DNA of 64,000 bases from Sumerlaeia bacterium (lineage in GTDB: Bacteria > Sumerlaeota > Sumerlaeia > SLMS01 > JAHLLQ01), in assembly GCA_040219255.1 (NCBI GenBank), contig JAVJSW010000039.1, positions 64,001-128,000 on the forward strand, read 5' to 3'. Shown in pieces: positions 9,330-19,061 of this stretch. The notes under the pieces are model-generated. The model was not told the origin of the DNA and searched no databases. It worked only from the letters and a program-made list of their open reading frames with translations. A program made the position numbers and the translations under genes. How positions within the stretch are numbered: the stretch's first letter is position 1; every line of letters starts with the position of its first letter.

Positions 9330-11996
9330 TCAGAATGTGAGTTTCGGCACCGCCGCGCTGCTGTTGATGGTGCGGGGAGGCGCGACGGCTTCGTGCAACT
9401 GATCCCGCAACCGCGCCCCCGATTGGTTCAGGTTCAGCGGGTTTTTCTCCCAATCGCAGACGTGCAGCGACAGCACCGCGTGGTAGCTGTCGAGCTCGAA
9501 CCGACCCCGCAAGGTCTGGATTTGCGATTGGTCCAGGGTGGAGAGGACGGCCCGAAGGAAATCGGGGAAGGTGGGCGCGGTGACTTGCACCACGGTGCTG
9601 CGTTCGGCGCCGCGATGAGGGGCCAGTTCGACCTCGATGGGGCGGGCCATCAGGCGCGACAGCGAGATGGGTTCGCGCCGCGAGGGGTCCATCGGCCGCC
9701 ATTGGGGAATGCTGCCGCCGCGAATGTATCGGCCGACCTGCTCGAAGGCGGCGGACAGGCGCCGGGCCGTTTCGCTCTCGTCCCCGGGCCGCGACACGTG
9801 GAAGACATCCACCGCCTCGCCGGTGCCGGTGCCGAAGGCGTGGAAGGCGTTGATCTCGACATCCGCCTCGGCCAGGGCGCAGCAGACCTGATAGAGCAAC
9901 CCCGAGCAATCCTTGGCCACCAGATGGACAATGGCCGCGCCGGCGGCGGCTTCATCGGCCCGCAGTTCCCACGCGACCGGTTGCTCTGGAGAGAGACGGT
10001 TCATCAGCGCGAGATGGCGCGCCACGTGGGGTTCGGGGGTGATTACCCGATAGGCCTCGGGCAGGAGGCCCAGAAACCGCACCACGTCTCCCCCGCCGAG
10101 CGTGGGCACCGGCGCGTTGTCGCCACTCGCCGTTTGCCGCACCGCACCGAGAACTCGCACGACCATGGAGTGGCGCAGGTCCGACGGTTCCTCGATTCCG
10201 AGGCGTTTGCGGATCACCGCGGCGGCGTTTTCGTAGAGGTTCGCCAGCAGGGAGCCGCGCCACTCGTTCCAGGAAACCGTCGAGACCGAGCGGATGTCGC
10301 AAACCGTCAGAACGTAAAGCATCCTCAACAGTTCGGGATGACGGATGTCGTCGGCCAGTTCCTCGGCCACGCCGGGATCGTCCGGGTCCTGCTTGAGAGC
10401 GATGTGGCTCATGCGGTGATGATGGAGGACCAGGGCGCGCAGCAGTTCGATTTCCCGGGACCGGAGGCCGATGCGCAGCCCCGCTTCTTCGATCAAGCGG
10501 GCGCCGCGAAAGACATGGCCGCGGCCTTCGCCCTTGCCCGTGTCGTGCAGCAGCGCCGCGAACACCAGCAGATCGGGCCTCAGAATTTCCTGGCAGATTT
10601 TCGCCGCGTGGCTGCCGGCCAGCGCCGACACTGGATCGCGGAGCGCCATGGCCGTCTCGACGCAGCGCAGCATGTGTTCGTCGAGGGCGAATTGGTGGTA
10701 GTGGTCGATGCGGGGCAGGTGGCGCACGAGGGCGAATTCGGGCAGGTAGCGCTCGAGAAACCCGATTTCGTGCATCAGGCGGAGCGTTCGCGCTCCCTGG
10801 CGGCAATCGTTCAGAATGGCGAAAAAGGCGCGCCGGTTTTCATCGGTGGCCAGGGCGGCCGGATTGGCCTGGGCGGCGGTGGCGGCTTCGAGCCGTTCGC
10901 GCGAAGCCTCGTCCAGTTCCAGGCCAAAACGGCCGAGGGCGGCGAACAGCGGCATGACCCAGGAGCGGTCGCCGGCCGGGCAGGGGGCTTCGTCCTCGGA
11001 TAGCACCAGGACCTTTCCCCGCACCGGAAAACCCGTCCCGCGATAGGTCAGCGGCGCGTCGCTCCGGGGGGCCTCGCCGGTCAGCTTGGCCCGCACCCGG
11101 GACAGCGCGCCGTCGACCGCCGAAGCGTGGCGAAAGTAGTCGCGCATCAACTGCTCCTCGGGCAGGGAGGACTCCGAGTCGGTGTAGCCGAGGCTGGCGG
11201 AGAGGCGCATTTGATAAGTGAATTTCAATTGGTCGCCGGGCGCGTAGATCGTCTCGTGCAGAACCGAGCGCATATCGCGGAGGGCGGCGGTGGCTTGAAG
11301 CAGGGCCATTTCCTGGCCGCGGGGAATCAGCCCGGCGGAAACCAGGGCGGACATCGCCTTGGTTCCGTGGAGAATCCAAGTCAGGTCCTCGAGCGCTTCG
11401 CCATCGGCGACGGCCCCCGGCGACGCGAGCAGATCGGGTTCGAGAAGGAAGACCGTCGCGCCGGCGTTCGCTTTGCGTTCCGCGGCCTCGGCCAGCACCT
11501 CGCGCAGGAGGCTCTCGCGAAGGCGCTCGCGGGCGTTCTCGCGTGCCGCCAAGGCCCGACGCGTCAGCGTTTCGCTGCCCCAAAGCTCCTCCGCCCCGGC
11601 CAGCGCGAGCACGAGGGCCGGTGAAGCGGTAAAGGCTTGTTCGAGTTCCGGGACCGCGAAGAAGAGCGGCCGGACCTCGCGCAGCCGCCGTTGAAAAACC
11701 GTCTCGGCGTGCCGGACGGCGCTGGCGGGAAGTGGTTCGGCCGTCAGCACCGCCACCATGGGAGCGTTCCAGCGGACCATCCGCCGGTTGGCGAGGGCTG
11801 CGAAGCTGATGACCGCCGCTCCGCCCTGGGCGAGACCGGCCTCGTCCGCCACGCCTGGCAATTCCACCCGGAGCGCCGTGTTCAGGTGGCCGTGGAATGT
11901 CTCGCGCTGTTCCTGACGCGAATAGCCCGAGCCGCGGGCAAAGTGCGTGTCGCGCAATTCGGAAAGAACCTGGGAAAAAGTTCGGCCGTCGGGCAT
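9330..11996 (-). CDS. glnD: GlnD-like protein (degenerate nucleotidyltransferase + HD + ACT domains)
   Basis: FLLEPDL..SPG, LMRDYF, YLPEF, YHQFALDEH, LLHDTGKG, LYVLT.CDI..V..WNEWR..LL, two C-terminal ACT-like domains. The GGYGR/SDxD motif is missing. Confidence 0.72.
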   Translation of the reverse strand: MPDGRTFSQVLSELRDTHFARGSGYSRQEQRETFHGHLNTALRVELPGVADEAGLAQGGAAVISFAALANRRMVRWNAPMVAVLTAEPLPASAVRHAETVFQRRLREVRPLFFAVPELEQAFTASPALVLALAGAEELWGSETLTRRALAARENARERLRESLLREVLAEAAERKANAGATVFLLEPDLLASPGAVADGEALEDLTWILHGTKAMSALVSAGLIPRGQEMALLQATAALRDMRSVLHETIYAPGDQLKFTYQMRLSASLGYTDSESSLPEEQLMRDYFRHASAVDGALSRVRAKLTGEAPRSDAPLTYRGTGFPVRGKVLVLSEDEAPCPAGDRSWVMPLFAALGRFGLELDEASRERLEAATAAQANPAALATDENRRAFFAILNDCRQGARTLRLMHEIGFLERYLPEFALVRHLPRIDHYHQFALDEHMLRCVETAMALRDPVSALAGSHAAKICQEILRPDLLVFAALLHDTGKGEGRGHVFRGARLIEEAGLRIGLRSREIELLRALVLHHHRMSHIALKQDPDDPGVAEELADDIRHPELLRMLYVLTVCDIRSVSTVSWNEWRGSLLANLYENAAAVIRKRLGIEEPSDLRHSMVVRVLGAVRQTASGDNAPVPTLGGGDVVRFLGLLPEAYRVITPEPHVARHLALMNRLSPEQPVAWELRADEAAAGAAIVHLVAKDCSGLLYQVCCALAEADVEINAFHAFGTGTGEAVDVFHVSRPGDESETARRLSAAFEQVGRYIRGGSIPQWRPMDPSRREPISLSRLMARPIEVELAPHRGAERSTVVQVTAPTFPDFLRAVLSTLDQSQIQTLRGRFELDSYHAVLSLHVCDWEKNPLNLNQSGARLRDQLHEAVAPPRTINSSAAVPKLTF

Positions 11997-12083
11997 GGCG
12001 AAGGGCGGGGGCCTTCCTCGGTGAAGTCCTTCATCCACGGCGGCGGCGGGAAATTGTGCAACGCGCCCTTGTACCATAGCGCT

Positions 12084-12130
12084 CCAAATCCCGAATCCTT
12101 TGTCGTTCCAAGGCGGATTCGGGGTTTTGG
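12084..12130 (-). promoter_or_regulatory. Long imperfect hairpin upstream of the glnD-like gene
   Basis: CCAAATCCCGAATCC (12084-12098) pairs imperfectly with GGATTCGGGGTTTTGG (12115-12130). Confidence 0.35.
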
Positions 12131-12172
12131 TGGACTGGGTTATTCGAAAATTTATCCCACGGGCAATGCCTC

Positions 12173-12216
12173 TGAAAACAGTTTGGCCGCCCCCTATCGG
12201 CGAAACGGGGCGGCCA
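12173..12216 (-). terminator. Putative intrinsic terminator of the giant adhesin gene
   Basis: 10-bp stem TGGCCGCCCC/GGGGCGGCCA, followed on the minus strand by AACTGTTTTC, about 55 nt after stop 12270. Confidence 0.45.
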
Positions 12217-12269
12217 GGGTTGGTCATGATGTGAGGGGTGAAGCCCTCAGGCGATTGTCCGTTTGGCGA

Positions 12270-15200
12270 TCACTCGAAGCACAACTCCATGCCATAGGTC
12301 GTGGTCGTGCCGGTGCCGGCGAGCGGATTGTCGCCCGCGCTCTGGAAGCCCCCCTCGAGTGTGCCGTTCACAACCGGGAACGGAGCCGGGGCGCTGCTCG
12401 CGGTGTAGAAGTAGCGCACTTGCTCGCCAACGGGCCAGCGGGCGCCAGCGACGTAGTACTGACCCGGCAGAAGCGCCACGTTCGGCGCGGCGTCCGGCCC
12501 GTAGAAAAGGCGCCCCTGATCGATGGTTTTGGTCTCGGCCACGACTTCGGTCCAGGGCCCGGCGGAGGTCGGCCCGCTGAGGACGAAGAAGGTGACATTG
12601 GCGGTGAGATCGAAGAGTGGAACCAGGTCCATGCGGAAATCGCTGAGCGTTTTCGCCTCGTTCACGGTGAACATGGCGCCGCGGGCGAGGTTTTCGTCGT
12701 TGGCTTTCGTGGCGCCGGGGACGGTCTCGCAGACCTCGGGTGCGGGCGGGGTCACTTCGCCAAGGATTTCGATGGTGAAGTTATCCCAAATCATGCGTCC
12801 GTAGCCGTTCTGAGAGTAGAACGTGTCGAGGTGCGAAATCTGGGGCAATCCACCGATGTAGGTGTCGTCGGGGTCATCGTAGGTCGCCAGGGTGTAGAAT
12901 TGGGGCGCGCCCTCGGGCTTCACTTCCCAGGTTACTTTGCCGGCGAGGAAGGTCATCCGCAGCGTCATCCAGGCGCCATGGGGACCGTCGGCTCCGGAGC
13001 CGGTGCGATAAGGGGGATTGGTGAAGATGTAATCCAGGAACCAGCGGGGCTCTGTGGCGTAGGGGTCGGGAGGCAAGGCGAGGCCGTCGCTGAGGACCGT
13101 CAGGTTCGGATCGCCCCAGGCAAAGTCCCCGAGCGCCGGATCGAGGCCCGGGTCCATCATGAAAGGATCGCCCTCGTAGAACACGATGTCGCGAATCGCC
13201 GCGCCGTAGTCGGTGTTGATGAAGCCAAAGTAGCCATCGGTGATTGGGGTGAAATCGCCATAGTATCCCTGATAGACATTGGGGAAGGCGGCACCGCTGT
13301 GGTTGATGCCAAGACCGAAGTGCTCTGTCGGCCCATTGAAACCGATCAGCGGCAACAGATCGACAGTGAACCGATGATCGCCCAGAATCGGCGTCAGGTT
13401 CGGGTAGATCGCCAGCGCCATCCGGTTGGCCAAGCCACCAAAGGTGGGATTCGCAAAGGTCACCAGACCATGGGTCGGCAAGTCGCTTCCCTGCGAGCTT
13501 GGGGCTTCGCCGACAAAGGGATAGCCGGCGGCGTTTTCGTTGATGATCGAGCCGTAGTCGAAACCATAGGCCGTGTCGTAGTTGGCCGGATAGGAGGTCG
13601 AGTCGACCACTTCGGTGTATTGAGCGGAGGTGTTGGTATTGAAGGCGTCCGCAAAGAGAACGTTCCAGTCTTCTTCTGCCGGTCCACCGGGGCCGCCGGG
13701 CTCGCTGAGGCAAAGCTCAACGCCGTAGGTCGTGGTGGAAGAAACGCCGCCGAGCGGATCGCTGGTGCTGCTCTGGAAGCCGCCCGCCACGGTGCCATTG
13801 ACTGTGGGGAAGGCGAAGGGCGCAGCGTTCGAAGTGTAGAAGTAGCGCACATTGTTGCCAGTCGTCCATCCGGCGCCGGCGGCGTAGAATGTCCCAGGCT
13901 GGAGAGGCAGGCTGACAGTTCCGGAGTTGTAGAAGAGCCGGCCGCTGTCGATGTTATAGGGCTGCTGGAATTCGATGGACCAGGGCCCTGCGTCTGACGG
14001 TCCGCTGAGAACGTAGAATGTCACGTCCGCCGGGATACCGCCGAGTGGTACCAGGTCCATCGAGAACTCATCGAGGATGTAGTCTTGGTTCACGGTGAAG
14101 GTGGCCCCGCGAACCAGGTTCTCGGAGTTGGCTTTCAGGGCCCCGGGAATCGTTTCGCAGACCTGGACGCCCGGTTCGTCGGGAGTTCCGCCGACGGTGA
14201 CGTCGAAACCTTCGACCGTCCCCATGGGGGGTGAGCCATCGTCTGTGACGTGGACGACGAAGGTGTATGACGATTCGCACTGGAACGGCGCAATCGGGGT
14301 CCACTGAATCTGGCCATTGGACGCCCCGATGGTCGCCCCCAGAGGCGCGGCAAGGAATGAGTAGGTGAGCGTGTCCTCAGGATCGGGATCGGTGGCAAAG
14401 GCGCTCAATTGAAGGGTCTCGTCGCAATCGATGGCCTGATCGGCGATGGGGTCGAGGCTCGGCGGCAGGTTCGGGCGCCCGACTTCGACGTAGAACGTCT
14501 CCGTCGCCGACAGCGGCGGCACGCCATCGTCGGTGACTCGGAAAGCGAACTCGTAGGTCGTCTCGCATTGGGCGGGGTTGGCGGGGGTCCACTGGATATA
14601 GCCGGACACCGGATCGACGAAAGCACCCGATGGGGCCGAGTCGAGGGAGAAGGTGAGACTGTCTCCCGGGTCCGGATCGGAGGCGTTCACGTAGATGCTG
14701 AAGAATTCGCCGCAACCCGCGCTGAAAGTCCCGGTGGGTCCGGTGATGAGCGGCGGGTTGTTGGCCGGCGCGGAACCGGTCGAGAAGCACAACTCCATGC
14801 CATAGGTCGTCGTGGTGGAGCCGCCCAGGAGAGGATCGGAGGAGGCGGATTGGAAGCCACTCTCCAAGACGCCGTTCATTTCCACGAAGGTCGCGGGGGC
14901 GGAGTTGGTCGTGTAGAAGAACCGCACCTGCTCGGTCGCGTCCCAGGCCACGCCCGCGACATAGAAGAACCCGGGCGAGAGCGATAGGTTGACATCGCCG
15001 GAGGGATAGAAGACGCGGCCGCTGTCGATGAAACTGGTCTGCTGGAATTCCACGCTCCAGGGACCGTTCGGCGACGGGCCGCTGAGCACGAAGAATTCGA
15101 CGTTGGCTTCCAGATCGAAGAGCGGAACCAGGTCCATGGAGAAATCGGTCAGCGTCGCCGTTTCTCCCACAGAGAAAATGGTTCCCCGGGCGAGGTCGGG

Positions 15201-18200
15201 ATCGTTGGCCTTGGTGGCCCCAGGCACGATCTCGCAGATTGGTTCAGATGGAGTGGTTTCCGGCCTGACTTCTACCGTGAAGTACTCATAGTCATAGCGT
15301 TGCGGGGAGCCGTTATCGGCCACCTGTACGGTAAAGTTGAAGATGCTCTCGCACTGAGTGGGGACATCCGGAGTCCAACTGATCAACCCGCTGAATGGAT
15401 CGATGGACGCGTTGTACGGGCCCGAGTCGAGAGCGAAGGTCAAAAGGTCGCCGGGGTTCGGATCGGTCGCCGTCGCCACGAAGTTGAACGTGGTTTCGCA
15501 ATCGATCAACTGATCCGGGATGGGATCGAGAGAAGGCGGATAATTGAGCGGGCCCACTTCCACATAGACGGTCTCCACATCGCTGAGCGGCGGCACACCA
15601 TCGTCCGTGACGCGCAGGACAAACTGAAGGGTCGTTTCGCACTGAGACGGGCTCACCGGATACCATTGGAGCCAACCGGAAACCGAGTCGAGGCTTGTCC
15701 CAGAGGGGGCGGAGTCGAGCGAGAACGTCAACACATCGCCGGGATCTGGATCGGTCGCCTGCACAACGACGCCGAAGCCCTGCTCGCAATCGACATAGAA
15801 ATTGCCGACCGGGTAGTCGATGCTCGGCGGTGAATTCGGCGCCGCACCTCCGATGGTAAAGCACAACTCCATGCCGTAGGTGGTTGTCGTCGACCCACCC
15901 AGGAGGGGATCTTCGCTGGGGCTCTGGAAGCCGCCGGCCAGTGTCCCGGGGACTTCTGTGAAAGCGATCGGCGCGATGTTGGTTGTGTAGAAGTAGCGAA
16001 CCTGCTCGGCGGCGCTCCAGGAAACGCCCGCCACATAGTGGACGCCAGGGGTCAGATCCAGGTCCACGGGCCCCGAATTGTAGAGGGCACGACCGCTGTC
16101 GATAAACTGAGGCGAGGCGAATTCTTGAGTCCAGGGGCCGTTTTCGCTGGGGCCGCTGAGGACAAAGAAGGTGACGTTCGCCTCGAGATCGAAGAGCGGC
16201 ACCAGATCCATCGAGAAGTCCGTCAACATCGCGTTCGAATCGACCGTGAAGGTCGCGCCGCGGGCGAGGTCGGGGTCGTTCGCCTTGGTCGCGCCGGGCA
16301 CGGTCTCGCAGACGTCGACAGAGGTGGGCGGGCCAACGTGGACGTAGAAGGACTCGGTGTCTGCCAGGGGCGGAACGCCATCGTCGGTGGCGCGGACGAT
16401 GAAGAGGTAGGATGTCTCGCACTGGTCGGGAGACGAAGGTGTCCAGGACAGTTCGCCGAGCGCGGGATCGATGGTGGCGCCCGCAGGTGCGGCATCCAGC
16501 GAGAAGCTCAGCATGTCGCCCGGGTTGGAGTCGTGTGTTCCGACGGAATAAGCAAAGGAATCGCCGCACGCGAGGTACTGGTCGTTGATCGGAAAGATGT
16601 ATGGCGGATAATTGATCTCGGGGGAAACGTCCACGTAGAACGTCTCGACATCGAACAGCGGCGGCACGCCATTGTCGGTGACGCGGACCTCGAACTGATA
16701 GACGGACTCGCAGTACTGCGGGCTGTAAGGGACCCAATCGAGCCAGCCAGTGTAGGGATCGATCCAGGCACCCGATGGTGCGGAATCGAGCGAGTAGTAG
16801 AGGGCATCCCCTGAGTTTTGATCGGTGGCGGTGACCGGATAACTCCAATAATTCCCGCATGCCGCGTACTGATACGGGATGGGGTCGATCTGGGGAGCGT
16901 AGTTGGTTTCCGGCGCCCCCACTTCGACGTAGAAGGTTTCCAGGTCGAAGAGGTTGGGAATGCCATTGTCCGTCACCCGGACAATGAATTCATAGGTGCT
17001 CTCGCACTGATCGGGCGCCGATGGCGTCCAATAGACCCAGCCGGTGCCGGGGGAAACAAAGGCTCCGCCGGGCCCGGAATCGAGGCTGTAGGTGAGGTCG
17101 TCGAGTGGGTTGGGATCGCTGGCGAAAATCGGAGTCTGGAAGGACTGCTCGCAGAGCACGGCGTGATAACCTGGCATGGGATCGAACGCTGGCGGATTGT
17201 TGGGTTCCGGCGGGCCCACATGAACGTAGAAGGTTTCCGTATCCGACAAGTTCGCCGGGCTGCCGTTGTCCCAGACGCTGACCTGGAAATAATAGGACGT
17301 CTCGCACTCGGAGGTATTGGCCCGCTGCCAACTCAACCAACCGCTGTAGGGATCGAGATAGGCGTTGTACGGCCCTGCGTCCAAAGAGAAGTACAGGCTG
17401 TCGCCCGGGTTGGGATCGGCGGCGGTGAGTTGATAAGTGAAGACTTCTTCGCACTCGGAGAACTGATCCGGAACCGGATCCAGGTCCGGTGACAGATTAC
17501 CGCCCGGAACAAAGGGATCGACGGACACATAGAAGGTCTCGAGATCGAACAGGTTGCCGGCGCCATCATCGGTGGCACGGACGACGAACTGATACACGCT
17601 CTCGCACTGATTGGGAGAAACCGGCGTCCAGTTCAAGAACCCGCTGTTGGGATCGATCACGGCGTTGTACGGCGCCGAGTCCAAGCTGAACGTCAAGTTA
17701 TCCCCATTGGGATCGGTCGCTGGAATCGAGCGCAGGTAGGTGCCGCCACACTCGGCGCTCTGATCCGGCAAGTCGGCGATGACCGGCGGTTCGTTGGGAG
17801 CGGGCACGGGACCAGTGTAAACGTAAAAGGTTTCGACGGCAGAGAGGGGCGGCACCCCATCGTCGGTGGCGCGGACCTCGAAGGTATAGACGCTCTCGCA
17901 TTGAGCGGGAACCGAGGGAAGCCAGTCGATCCAACCCGTGGCCGCGTCAATGTAGGCTCCGGAGGGGGCCGAGTCCAAGCTGAACGCCAACTGCGCCGTC
18001 TCGGCGTCCACCGCCTGCACGGCGTAAGTGAGAAGCTGGTCGCAATCGATGAACTGATCGGGGATCGCATCGATGATGGGGGCGGAATTGACCTCGGCCG
18101 GGCCGAAGCACAACTCGGCCCCATAGGTGGTCGTCGTGCCACCGCCCGCCAGAGGGTTCGAAGTCGCCGACTGAAAGCCTCCTTGAAGCGTTCCGTTGAC

Positions 18201-18701
18201 CGTCCCGAAGCCGAACGGCGCCGCGCCGGAGGTATAAAAGTAGCGCACCTGCTCGGAGGCGTCCCAGGACACCGTGGCGGCGTAATATTGGCCTGGTTCG
18301 ACGACGACATCGACGGGTCCAGAGTTGTAGAATGCCCGCCCCAGGTCGATCGTCGAGGAGTTCTGGTACAGAACCGACCAGGGCCCGTTGGCCGAAGGCG
18401 CCTGAAGGACGTTGAACGTGACAACCGCCGTCAGATCGAAGAGCGGAACCAGATCCATGGAGAAATCCTCCAGGAGCAGCGTTTCGTTCACCGAGAAGAC
18501 CGTGCCGCGAGTCAAATCCGGATCGTTGGCCTTGGTGGCGCCGGGCACCAGTTCGCAGGTGGCGGCGTTGGCGGCGGACGCCGCCAGGGCGAGAAGGAGA
18601 GCGAGACTGCGCAGGAGAGCCGGCGAATCCCCGGCCGTGCGCGTTGGCCGCGGCGGCGCCTCCGGAGAAAAAAGAGAAGACATGCGAGGCTTCGCGGACA
18701 T
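12270..18701 (-). CDS. Giant secreted adhesin-like protein: 10 cadherin/putative-Ig (He_PIG-like) domains + 5 copies of an unrecognised ~150-aa domain + one unique ~300-aa domain
   Basis: Signal peptide LALLLALAASAANA; Ig repeats NxxP...ATDPD..D.LTFSLDSAP.GA.ID..TG...WTP...VRVTDDG.P; five 'CExVPGATKAND...YGMELCF' modules. Start uncertain (18701 or 18683). Confidence 0.85.
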   Translation of the reverse strand: MSAKPRMSSLFSPEAPPRPTRTAGDSPALLRSLALLLALAASAANAATCELVPGATKANDPDLTRGTVFSVNETLLLEDFSMDLVPLFDLTAVVTFNVLQAPSANGPWSVLYQNSSTIDLGRAFYNSGPVDVVVEPGQYYAATVSWDASEQVRYFYTSGAAPFGFGTVNGTLQGGFQSATSNPLAGGGTTTTYGAELCFGPAEVNSAPIIDAIPDQFIDCDQLLTYAVQAVDAETAQLAFSLDSAPSGAYIDAATGWIDWLPSVPAQCESVYTFEVRATDDGVPPLSAVETFYVYTGPVPAPNEPPVIADLPDQSAECGGTYLRSIPATDPNGDNLTFSLDSAPYNAVIDPNSGFLNWTPVSPNQCESVYQFVVRATDDGAGNLFDLETFYVSVDPFVPGGNLSPDLDPVPDQFSECEEVFTYQLTAADPNPGDSLYFSLDAGPYNAYLDPYSGWLSWQRANTSECETSYYFQVSVWDNGSPANLSDTETFYVHVGPPEPNNPPAFDPMPGYHAVLCEQSFQTPIFASDPNPLDDLTYSLDSGPGGAFVSPGTGWVYWTPSAPDQCESTYEFIVRVTDNGIPNLFDLETFYVEVGAPETNYAPQIDPIPYQYAACGNYWSYPVTATDQNSGDALYYSLDSAPSGAWIDPYTGWLDWVPYSPQYCESVYQFEVRVTDNGVPPLFDVETFYVDVSPEINYPPYIFPINDQYLACGDSFAYSVGTHDSNPGDMLSFSLDAAPAGATIDPALGELSWTPSSPDQCETSYLFIVRATDDGVPPLADTESFYVHVGPPTSVDVCETVPGATKANDPDLARGATFTVDSNAMLTDFSMDLVPLFDLEANVTFFVLSGPSENGPWTQEFASPQFIDSGRALYNSGPVDLDLTPGVHYVAGVSWSAAEQVRYFYTTNIAPIAFTEVPGTLAGGFQSPSEDPLLGGSTTTTYGMELCFTIGGAAPNSPPSIDYPVGNFYVDCEQGFGVVVQATDPDPGDVLTFSLDSAPSGTSLDSVSGWLQWYPVSPSQCETTLQFVLRVTDDGVPPLSDVETVYVEVGPLNYPPSLDPIPDQLIDCETTFNFVATATDPNPGDLLTFALDSGPYNASIDPFSGLISWTPDVPTQCESIFNFTVQVADNGSPQRYDYEYFTVEVRPETTPSEPICEIVPGATKANDPDLARGTIFSVGETATLTDFSMDLVPLFDLEANVEFFVLSGPSPNGPWSVEFQQTSFIDSGRVFYPSGDVNLSLSPGFFYVAGVAWDATEQVRFFYTTNSAPATFVEMNGVLESGFQSASSDPLLGGSTTTTYGMELCFSTGSAPANNPPLITGPTGTFSAGCGEFFSIYVNASDPDPGDSLTFSLDSAPSGAFVDPVSGYIQWTPANPAQCETTYEFAFRVTDDGVPPLSATETFYVEVGRPNLPPSLDPIADQAIDCDETLQLSAFATDPDPEDTLTYSFLAAPLGATIGASNGQIQWTPIAPFQCESSYTFVVHVTDDGSPPMGTVEGFDVTVGGTPDEPGVQVCETIPGALKANSENLVRGATFTVNQDYILDEFSMDLVPLGGIPADVTFYVLSGPSDAGPWSIEFQQPYNIDSGRLFYNSGTVSLPLQPGTFYAAGAGWTTGNNVRYFYTSNAAPFAFPTVNGTVAGGFQSSTSDPLGGVSSTTTYGVELCLSEPGGPGGPAEEDWNVLFADAFNTNTSAQYTEVVDSTSYPANYDTAYGFDYGSIINENAAGYPFVGEAPSSQGSDLPTHGLVTFANPTFGGLANRMALAIYPNLTPILGDHRFTVDLLPLIGFNGPTEHFGLGINHSGAAFPNVYQGYYGDFTPITDGYFGFINTDYGAAIRDIVFYEGDPFMMDPGLDPALGDFAWGDPNLTVLSDGLALPPDPYATEPRWFLDYIFTNPPYRTGSGADGPHGAWMTLRMTFLAGKVTWEVKPEGAPQFYTLATYDDPDDTYIGGLPQISHLDTFYSQNGYGRMIWDNFTIEILGEVTPPAPEVCETVPGATKANDENLARGAMFTVNEAKTLSDFRMDLVPLFDLTANVTFFVLSGPTSAGPWTEVVAETKTIDQGRLFYGPDAAPNVALLPGQYYVAGARWPVGEQVRYFYTASSAPAPFPVVNGTLEGGFQSAGDNPLAGTGTTTTYGMELCFE

Positions 18702-19061
18702 ATCGGCGGTCCTTCCGGGATGACTCTCATCGGGTGGAGCCGGAAGGAATCGCGAAATCCGGAGAGTGGGAACCGGGCAAGGGTTCCTCACTTCCGAGGG
18801 AAAAGGACTCTTCCTGGTTACAACCCTAATAAGAGTGTGCTGAATCGAACTTCAGCACGCTAATGGAATGACAAAACGATATGGAAAAGAGCAGCGAAGG
18901 GCAATGAGAAAGACGATCGCAAATCTGTTCCTAACTGTTGCGAACGGCTTGAAACGCGGGATTTTCCCGGCTATGACAAACTCAAGCCGGGAGTGGGCAC
19001 GCATAGACCGGGACGCCGGCGAGGCGCCGATTTATCAATCTTGAAATTGAGAACGAAGGCT

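Noticed and set aside
12270-18701. Repeated domains as diversity-generating retroelement template/variable repeats
   Set aside because: The copies are in-frame domain duplications with no evident adenine-specific pattern, and no reverse transcriptase is in the window.
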